Source: a virus. Taken from it: a stretch of DNA of 42,262 bases. The position numbers and the translations under genes were made by a program. Shown in pieces: positions 36,341 to 42,262 of this stretch; the first letter of the stretch is position 1; each line of letters opens with the position of its first letter. Under the pieces are notes generated by a model, which was not told where the DNA came from, did no database searches, and saw only the letters and a list, made by a program, of their open reading frames with translations. The stretch lies in IMG/VR virus record IMGVR_UViG_3300029681_000010. One strand, 5' to 3'.

Positions 36341-37092
36341 CAGTAACTCACCTCCGTACCGCCGGGAAGCGCCGCAATGACGCTGTTGACAATCTCCTGT
36401 TTATCAGCTGCCGTCCAGTAGTCCGTGCCTCTGACAGGGGTCTTGCCATCAGCGCCCTTTTCTCCCTGCGCTCCATCTTTCCCGTTTGCGCCGTCCGCGC
36501 CTTTCGGGCCGTCAAACGCGCCGGATGCCTTGGCCTGCGCAAGCGCCGCGTCCGTCGCAGCCTGCAGATCGGTCTGGGCGACAGCCCCCACTTCCGCTGC
36601 TGTGTAGGTAGGTTTCTTTTCGGCCTTCGCCCACTCCGGGACGGTCGGGTCGGTTTCTTCGACCGGGTGCTCGGTCAGATACTCGGCGACGGCTGTCTTG
36701 ATTGCTTCCGGATCTGCGCCGCCCAGTCCCTTGATAAGATCCATTAGTTGGTCGTACACGTCGGGCGTGGGATCGGCAGGCGCGCCAGCCGCAGACCGGA
36801 CGGACGGCAGCGCGCGCAGGATTGCCACGCGCGACGTGCGGAGGTTGCCAGCATACAAGCCGATCTGTACCACACCCGGCACGGTGCAAACGGGCAGCTC
36901 GATCGTGTCGCCCGCAAACACCTTATCCGTGAACGTGCCGTCCATGTAGATTGTTCGCATGGTTTTGGTATCGTAAGCGCTCCACTCTTCGTCCAGCGTC
37001 CAATGCACCGTGTAGTCGCTGTTGTCGCATACGATGGATTGCGTATCAGACACCGCGACCTTGTGCGCAACTGTGATATTGATATCAGGCAT
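36340..37092 (-). CDS. Tail fibre protein with short collagen-like (G-X-Y)8 segment
   Basis: 250 aa. GPKGADGANGKDGAQGEKGADGKT at nt 36439-36510. Confidence 0.65.
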   Translation of the reverse strand: MPDINITVAHKVAVSDTQSIVCDNSDYTVHWTLDEEWSAYDTKTMRTIYMDGTFTDKVFAGDTIELPVCTVPGVVQIGLYAGNLRTSRVAILRALPSVRSAAGAPADPTPDVYDQLMDLIKGLGGADPEAIKTAVAEYLTEHPVEETDPTVPEWAKAEKKPTYTAAEVGAVAQTDLQAATDAALAQAKASGAFDGPKGADGANGKDGAQGEKGADGKTPVRGTDYWTAADKQEIVNSVIAALPGGTEVSY

Positions 37093-37104
37093 ATTGTTCC
37101 CTCC

Positions 37105-38937
37105 TCATGCTGTGCGTTTCCACGTGTACACAGCCAAATACGGCGGCATGTTGTTGTGCGCCTTGCCCCCGCAGTTGCTGCTTTGTGGCCCCGTGTACTG
37201 GTTCGGCTGTCCGTTGACATCGTACAGCCGGATAGCGTCCGTACCAATGACAGTGCTCTGGCCAGTGTACTGATAGCTCATCTTGATCTCAGGGATTTCG
37301 TCAGCTGTCAGCGTTACCTCGGATTCACCGCCAATCGTACCGGGACGATAGATTGTGCCAGCTGCCAGCAGAAACACGTTAGTAATGGCTTCCCACGTTC
37401 CGCCAAACAAATCAGCCGGATTGGTCGATTTTGTGGACTGATAGATGCTTCCTACCGGATAGATCCAGTCGAGCAGCATCCGTCCGCCCACACGCAGCGA
37501 CGCCGCCTGCACCTCTCCCTGAAATTCCGCGTCCCACGCGCACTCAAGCCCGGCCTTCTCGCTGTACTTGCCAAAGGCCACTCCGTTGCCGCCCTCGCGC
37601 AAATGCATCGTAACAGCCTGCGTCGGGATAACCGCCGTTACGCTGGCGACGTTACCGAGCTTGTCGACTACCTCGATTTTGCCCTCATAGCTGGCCGTCG
37701 TAAGGATATCCACACTACCGGTGACGAGAGCCGCCTTGCCGCTTGCCATCGCAAGCCCCGCGCTCCATGAGCCTCCCACGGCTCTCCAATAGCCTTTGAG
37801 CGTGTAGGTGTTCTCTCCGCCGCAGTCGGAGTGCTTGACCGTGGCCACGCCCGCGATGTGCAGCCCCGTGTCCGCCGGGAGCATCGCGTCATCCGATCGG
37901 TAGATCTGTACGCCCGTCAGCACCGGAGCGGCGTAGGAGTATAGGTTGACCGTCAGCGTTTCCTCGGCATACATCCCGCGCGAATCCGTCACGCGGCAGA
38001 TGATCTGTGCGCTTTTCCCGTACAGCACCCCCGTCTTATACGGCGCACTCTCCGCGCTCACGCCTTCGCAGGTGATCCTGTATCCGGCGATGCTTGCCCC
38101 GTACTTGGTCGATATCTTGTCCGCTGCAAATGCGATCTGCGCCCGCGAGAATCCGCTGATAAACCCCTTAAGGCTTGCGGCCTTGCCGCCGCTGTTGTCT
38201 GCCGCCGCCGCTGCCCAGCCGGAGGCCACCGTGGGCGCCGCATCCGCCGGAACGCGCAGCGTGAAGCTTACGCTCTGCTCGTCGCCGATCTGCTCCGTCA
38301 GGCTGCTGTCGCTCCATGTCTTGAGGTAAACCGTACACGTCCCGCTTGCGGCGTTTGGGATCCTGCTTGCAAGCGCCTTGCGCGGGGTCAGCGCGAACCA
38401 GTTGTACGCCGTCTCCCCGTCGAAGTCTCCCGCGTAGCCGTCTCCCGCGAACGCATAGCGCACCGTGTGGACAAATCCGGTCTTTTTGCTGTTGGTGTAG
38501 ATGATGATCTCCTCGCCCATGGCGATGGAACTCTTGTTGAGCGTCGGCACGCTGGCGCGCGGGATCGTGTCGAGCGTCACCGTCGCCGAGATCGAGGTCG
38601 ATGAGAGCGTCGTGCCGCTGATCCGTCCATCTGCCGAAATCGTCACGTCCCGACTGCCGTCCGCATTGTGGTACACCCGCACCGTCGCAGAGACCGCCAT
38701 CGTGTCGGAATTATAGGAGATCTCGATGTGACGGCTCCCCGCCGTGCGCTGTCCGTCGATCGTAATGCCGCCGGACCACGTGCCGCTCGTCGTATAGCCG
38801 CTGTTGCTGCGGCTGTAGTACAGCGTCGCGGTTACGTCGCTGTAGTTGCCGTCCTGCGACTGTGCCGCCGACCAGTAGATGTCCGGCCTGATATACTGGT
38901 TGCCGGTCGATCCGGAAAAATTGCCGGAGAGCGCCAT
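37105..38937 (-). CDS. Receptor-binding / host-specificity protein (DUF859-like N-terminus, tail-collar-like C-terminus)
   Basis: 610 aa. N-terminal SGNFSGSTGNQYIRPDIYWSAAQSQDGNYSDVTATLYY...TLDTIPR. C-terminal YPVGSIYQS...LFGGTWEAI...GGESEVTLTADEIP...HNNMPPYLAVYTWKRTA. Confidence 0.7.
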   Translation of the reverse strand: MALSGNFSGSTGNQYIRPDIYWSAAQSQDGNYSDVTATLYYSRSNSGYTTSGTWSGGITIDGQRTAGSRHIEISYNSDTMAVSATVRVYHNADGSRDVTISADGRISGTTLSSTSISATVTLDTIPRASVPTLNKSSIAMGEEIIIYTNSKKTGFVHTVRYAFAGDGYAGDFDGETAYNWFALTPRKALASRIPNAASGTCTVYLKTWSDSSLTEQIGDEQSVSFTLRVPADAAPTVASGWAAAAADNSGGKAASLKGFISGFSRAQIAFAADKISTKYGASIAGYRITCEGVSAESAPYKTGVLYGKSAQIICRVTDSRGMYAEETLTVNLYSYAAPVLTGVQIYRSDDAMLPADTGLHIAGVATVKHSDCGGENTYTLKGYWRAVGGSWSAGLAMASGKAALVTGSVDILTTASYEGKIEVVDKLGNVASVTAVIPTQAVTMHLREGGNGVAFGKYSEKAGLECAWDAEFQGEVQAASLRVGGRMLLDWIYPVGSIYQSTKSTNPADLFGGTWEAITNVFLLAAGTIYRPGTIGGESEVTLTADEIPEIKMSYQYTGQSTVIGTDAIRLYDVNGQPNQYTGPQSSNCGGKAHNNMPPYLAVYTWKRTA

Positions 38938-38938
38938 G

Positions 38939-39721
38939 TTAACCTCCGATCCAGCGGAACGTAATCCCGCTTGTAAAATTTACGTCCCACTTGCCTGCGC
39001 CCGTGATCCGCTCCAGTTCAACGTGCGTGACATGCAGTGCACCGTTGGAGAAATACGCGATCTCCGTACCCTCGACGTAAAACGACAGCTTCTTGCTCGT
39101 CCAGACCGACATATTGTGACTGGTGTCGATCACGTCGTATGTCTTGCCGCCCACACTTTGCGTGCCGGTCGTCTGGATGTTTTGCCCGATGGCGATGCCG
39201 ATGACCGGGACGGTGTCCTCATAGCCGACGATGCCCTGCCGGATGTATCCGGTGGTCTCCGTCCTGTATGCCAGCAAGCCCTCGATATCTCCGGCCTGTC
39301 CGTCGATCCGTCCCTCTAACTCGCTGACGTACTGGATGCTCTGCGTCACATCCTCTGCCGTTGCCGTAAACTTTGCGTCGACTTGCTCCTTGTACTGTCC
39401 AAACTCGCTCTTGGCGAGGTAGCTGCTCTGCAGCTCGGCCTCGACGCGCTGCACCTCGCTGCGCACGGTATCTGCCGTCTTGATGATCAGGCTTTTGAGG
39501 GCGTTGGCGCTCGCTCCGATCTCCTGCCGCGTCTGATCCTGTGCCGCCTTTTGCGCTCCGGATCCCAAAGCGGTCTTTGCCGCATCCGTCAGACTGTCTG
39601 CCTCGATCGCGTTGAGAGATTCGTTAAGCTGCCTCGCCAGCGCATAAAGGTATCGCCGTACGCTGAGCAGCTGCTCGGTCTGCCCGCCTTGGATCGTCGG
39701 CGGGGTCGGGATAACTACCAT
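38939..39721 (-). CDS. Coiled-coil tail protein (needle/fibre-like)
   Basis: 260 aa. A long helical N-terminal half and a beta-rich C-terminal half. Overlaps the upstream gene by 7 nt. Confidence 0.55.
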   Translation of the reverse strand: MVVIPTPPTIQGGQTEQLLSVRRYLYALARQLNESLNAIEADSLTDAAKTALGSGAQKAAQDQTRQEIGASANALKSLIIKTADTVRSEVQRVEAELQSSYLAKSEFGQYKEQVDAKFTATAEDVTQSIQYVSELEGRIDGQAGDIEGLLAYRTETTGYIRQGIVGYEDTVPVIGIAIGQNIQTTGTQSVGGKTYDVIDTSHNMSVWTSKKLSFYVEGTEIAYFSNGALHVTHVELERITGAGKWDVNFTSGITFRWIGG

Positions 39722-41472
39722 CCGAGATCACTCCCCAGCTCAAGAATTTTCGCGATGGAAAACACCCTCACGACGCCCTTGCCGGAGAGCTTAAGCCGCA
39801 TATGGTCGCACCGCCGGGGGATCACGGGCACCGTAAACGTCCCATGGCCCTTTCGCCGCACTGTCCCCGCCTCGCGCCAAATGCCGTCGGAGTCATACAT
39901 GCAGTATAGCCGCAGCTCCCCGCCCTGCTCAATCTGGAGCCGGATGTTATAGCGGCTCAGGTATTTTTTGTCGGGGTAGTCGTACCCGATCACGCCCGTC
40001 TCCGCAGACCACTCGGGAGCGTCCTCCGGCGTGCCCTGCGTGCCGTTGACGCACATCATCCACTTGGTGTCCGCATCGATGTAAAACAGGTCATCGTCCA
40101 TCCGTGCGAATACAAGCGCGTGTGTATTGTCCTCCCGATGCCACATTGCCCGGTTTGCGTCGTACACAAAGAGATGCCATGCCGAGCCATCGTACATGCT
40201 GATGTAATACTTGCCGCACACGCACCCCGCAGTCGCCTTGCTGTATAGCACATCGCCAAACGCCGCCCCAATCGACGTGGGGAAACTCCCGTCGTACGCG
40301 CATACATCCGTGCGGGACTTGTAAAGAAGCATCTCGTTGACTACGCACAGGCTGCGCCAGCTGCCGTTTTGCACGCCTCGCGCCGCCGTCTCAACGACCT
40401 GATGCCCCCCGGAGGATGCGACGGAAATCCGGTGGATCACGTCCTCTTTAAAAAACGTGGGATATCCCTGATAGTTGATCGCACCCGTCCACGCGCCGTC
40501 CGAACCAACAGATGCCGCCCAAGCGTCCGTCGACACGCCGGCATAGACTCGCCAGTTCTTGAAATCGCCGAGCTTGCAGCAGTACAACTCATTAACGGTC
40601 TTGCCGTCCACCATGCCGTACTTGCATCCCCAGATGCGGTTTTGCGCCTCGCAGACATAGTCCATGTCCGGCACGCTGCGTGCCGCCTTAACCGGGCCGC
40701 TCTCCTGCGTGTAAGTCAGGTCGATCAGCCCGATGACCACGATCCAGTCATCGCCCTTGCTCTGCACGACCTTTGTGCCGTTTAGGTCCTCATACTGCGC
40801 CTTGACGGCCTCGCTGTCTCCCCCGTAGGCGATGCCGCTGATCTCCAGCCCGTCGCCTTCGGCAAAGGCCTTGCCGATCCCGTCTGCCGAGATCTTGGTG
40901 TAGACCGTCGCGACACCCATCCACATGCTCTGCGACGCGGAGTACGTCATCAGCTGGTGTGGGGTCTGCGTCGTATCGATCCAATACTCGCCGCCTGTCG
41001 GATTCTCCGGCTGCGTAAGCGGGATATCTCCCATCGCTTTGCCATCCATTGTGCTCAGCGAGTATACCACGTTGCCGGTGCTCTCCCACGACGCCTCAAG
41101 GCTCCCGCAGTCCGTCACATCCTTGGTGTTGAGATACACCTTGTCCGGCCAGATCACAAGGTATGCCCCCATGCTGACCATCTGCTTGTCGCCGTCGCTC
41201 AGCGTCAGCCCGGTGATCTCCTTCCCGTTGTAGTACAGCTTGCCCCCGTCGACCACGGCCATCGCGTCCTTTGCCAGCATCCCGCCCGGAGCGGTCAGCT
41301 GCTGCACCTTGCCGCGTGCGGGTCTGCTCATCAGAAGCGGATACCCGCTCGACGTGAGGTTTGTCATGTCGTAAAACTCGCCGTCGCTGATCCTGCGGTT
41401 GTGGTTGTACCCTCCAAACACGGACAGCATCTCGCGGCTCTGGCTCGTCTCGGTGAGCGTCGGATTATACAT
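39715..41472 (-). CDS. Large tail structural protein (nozzle/tail-tubular candidate)
   Basis: 585 aa, beta-rich. Directly follows the connector-like gene. The function is inferred only from position. Confidence 0.5.
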   Translation of the reverse strand: MYNPTLTETSQSREMLSVFGGYNHNRRISDGEFYDMTNLTSSGYPLLMSRPARGKVQQLTAPGGMLAKDAMAVVDGGKLYYNGKEITGLTLSDGDKQMVSMGAYLVIWPDKVYLNTKDVTDCGSLEASWESTGNVVYSLSTMDGKAMGDIPLTQPENPTGGEYWIDTTQTPHQLMTYSASQSMWMGVATVYTKISADGIGKAFAEGDGLEISGIAYGGDSEAVKAQYEDLNGTKVVQSKGDDWIVVIGLIDLTYTQESGPVKAARSVPDMDYVCEAQNRIWGCKYGMVDGKTVNELYCCKLGDFKNWRVYAGVSTDAWAASVGSDGAWTGAINYQGYPTFFKEDVIHRISVASSGGHQVVETAARGVQNGSWRSLCVVNEMLLYKSRTDVCAYDGSFPTSIGAAFGDVLYSKATAGCVCGKYYISMYDGSAWHLFVYDANRAMWHREDNTHALVFARMDDDLFYIDADTKWMMCVNGTQGTPEDAPEWSAETGVIGYDYPDKKYLSRYNIRLQIEQGGELRLYCMYDSDGIWREAGTVRRKGHGTFTVPVIPRRCDHMRLKLSGKGVVRVFSIAKILELGSDLGW

Positions 41473-41481
41473 ACGCCCTCC

Positions 41482-41853
41482 TCACCAAAACCGCACGGAC
41501 GCGCTTACCGGCGTGTGCGTCCGGTTGTACCAGCGGCTGTACTCGTTGTACGCCGCCGTAAAGAGCGCGATGGAGTTGTTGTACTTGCCGATCTCCCCGT
41601 TGACGAGGTCGATCTGTGCCTCGACGTACAGGGGATAGAGCCGGTCATACGGAGCGTCCGCGAGCAGCTCTGCGCGCTGATCCGTGCCGCCGTTGACCGT
41701 CGGGATCTTCGCCTCCTCGCCGCCGGCGTGCGTCCTGATGATCTCATGGGTGATGATCCCCTCCAGCTCCTGCAGCCACGCCAGCTTCTGCGCGTCATCG
41801 ATCACGTTCGGCTTGCACGCATCGACGGTACTCAGCACTCGCTCAATTGTCAT
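41482..41853 (-). CDS. Head-tail connector/adaptor-like protein
   Basis: Start MTIERVL (ATG 41853, RBS GAAGGAGGG). 123 aa. Position and size fit; the ORF-track GTG start at 41871 lies inside the RBS. Confidence 0.5.
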   Translation of the reverse strand: MTIERVLSTVDACKPNVIDDAQKLAWLQELEGIITHEIIRTHAGGEEAKIPTVNGGTDQRAELLADAPYDRLYPLYVEAQIDLVNGEIGKYNNSIALFTAAYNEYSRWYNRTHTPVSASVRFW

Positions 41854-41898
41854 CGCGCATCCCTCCTTCACAAAAAATGGGGGTCGCGCAGACCCCCA

Positions 41899-42150
41899 TT
41901 ACATCTCGCCGCCCGTCTCGGCGGCTTTCGCGGCCTGCTGCTGATAGCGGTATGCCTCTCGCTTCTGGTTTTCGCTCAGTTTCAGCACCTCTGCCACGCA
42001 CTCCGGCACTTCGACTTCCTCGCCGCGCCGAATCAGCCACGATCTGCCGTTGATGCCGACATACTGCTCCATATCATGCTCGTTGATGATCGGGAGCGTC
42101 ACGCGCACCATCTTCTCGCCCGTTTCGGGCTTTTTGGTAGTTTCAGCCAT
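41899..42150 (-). CDS. Small head-associated hypothetical protein
   Basis: 83 aa. RBS GGAGACG. First gene after the capsid gene across the circular junction. Confidence 0.55.
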   Translation of the reverse strand: MAETTKKPETGEKMVRVTLPIINEHDMEQYVGINGRSWLIRRGEEVEVPECVAEVLKLSENQKREAYRYQQQAAKAAETGGEM

Positions 42151-42167
42151 TTTTCGTCTCCTGTTCT

Positions 42168-42262
42168 GCGGGGGAGGGGTTGCCTCCCCCGCCGTTACTC
42201 AGTTTGCCTCGACCGACGCGCTCCACGCATCGGACACGCTCTCCACGCGCACCATATTCTGC
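42168..42262. repeat. Direct terminal repeat copy B (circular assembly overlap; duplicates the capsid gene 3' end)
   Basis: Identical to 1-95. Confidence 0.95.

Larger units (their letters stand above)
1..42262. mobile_element. Complete circularly closed temperate tailed-phage genome (unit 42,167 bp plus 95-bp overlap)
   Basis: Bases 1-95 are identical to 42168-42262. Packaging, head, tail, lysis, lysogeny, recombination and replication modules are all present. No recognisable host genes. The late gene string continues across the junction. Confidence 0.85.

Noticed and set aside
34412-38937. A diversity-generating retroelement targeting the fibre genes.
   Set aside because: There is no reverse transcriptase gene and no template/variable repeat pair with adenine-specific mismatches. 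The only internal repeat is the protein-level Ig-like duplication.
1-42262. Stop-codon recoding (TAG or TGA reassignment), as seen in some gut phages.
   Set aside because: All large essential genes (terL, portal, capsid, the 2,907-aa gene, integrase) are open in the standard code. The two in-frame TAGs noted (9613 and 13245) are better explained as a gene remnant and a 7-nt insertion.

Overview
The window is a complete, circularly closed genome of a GC-rich temperate tailed phage. The unit length is 42,167 bp, and bases 1-95 recur exactly at 42168-42262, which reads as a circular assembly overlap. GGAGG-type ribosome-binding sites and a Prp/L27-type processing motif point to a Firmicutes-type host.

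The minus strand carries one late block of about 27 kb that runs through the window junction. It starts with terS, terL, portal, a phage-encoded Prp cysteine protease, scaffold and major capsid (6089 down to 32). After the wrap it continues with two small head/connector proteins, a 585-aa nozzle-like protein and a 260-aa coiled-coil protein. Three fibre or receptor-binding proteins follow: one with a tail-collar C-terminus, one with a collagen-like stretch, and one with a CX5R phosphatase domain plus tandem Ig-like repeats. The block then runs through the holin, the amidase endolysin, a 342-aa Q/Y-rich protein, a giant protein of about 2,907 aa and a small sigma-region-4-like regulator. Last comes a terminator-insulated cluster of five unknown genes next to the integrase.

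The plus strand carries several units:
- An insulated three-gene moron-like cassette: a 161-aa protein, a 49-aa ribbon-helix-helix protein missing from the ORF track, and a 105-aa very acidic protein.
- A classical divergent switch with an XRE repressor, two consensus-like promoters and repeated operators.
- An early operon with many small or Cys-rich ORFs and a Rad52-like annealing protein, a YqaJ exonuclease, NinB, SSB, a replisome organizer with internal iterons, RusA and an orphan DNA methyltransferase.
- A membrane-anchored XRE protein followed by a large serine integrase.

I found no tape measure, tail tube or sheath, so the virion looks podovirus-like. I also found no tRNA, rRNA, CRISPR array or reverse transcriptase.

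The best candidates for undescribed biology are:
- The giant polyvalent-like protein and its 342-aa partner, placed after the lysis cassette.
- The sigma-r4-like gene plus the five-gene cluster beside the integrase.
- The moron cassette next to a six-unit tandem 11-bp repeat array and a G-quadruplex tract.
- The phosphatase-bearing tail protein.

All family assignments come from reading motifs by eye and from memory of those families. No searches were run.
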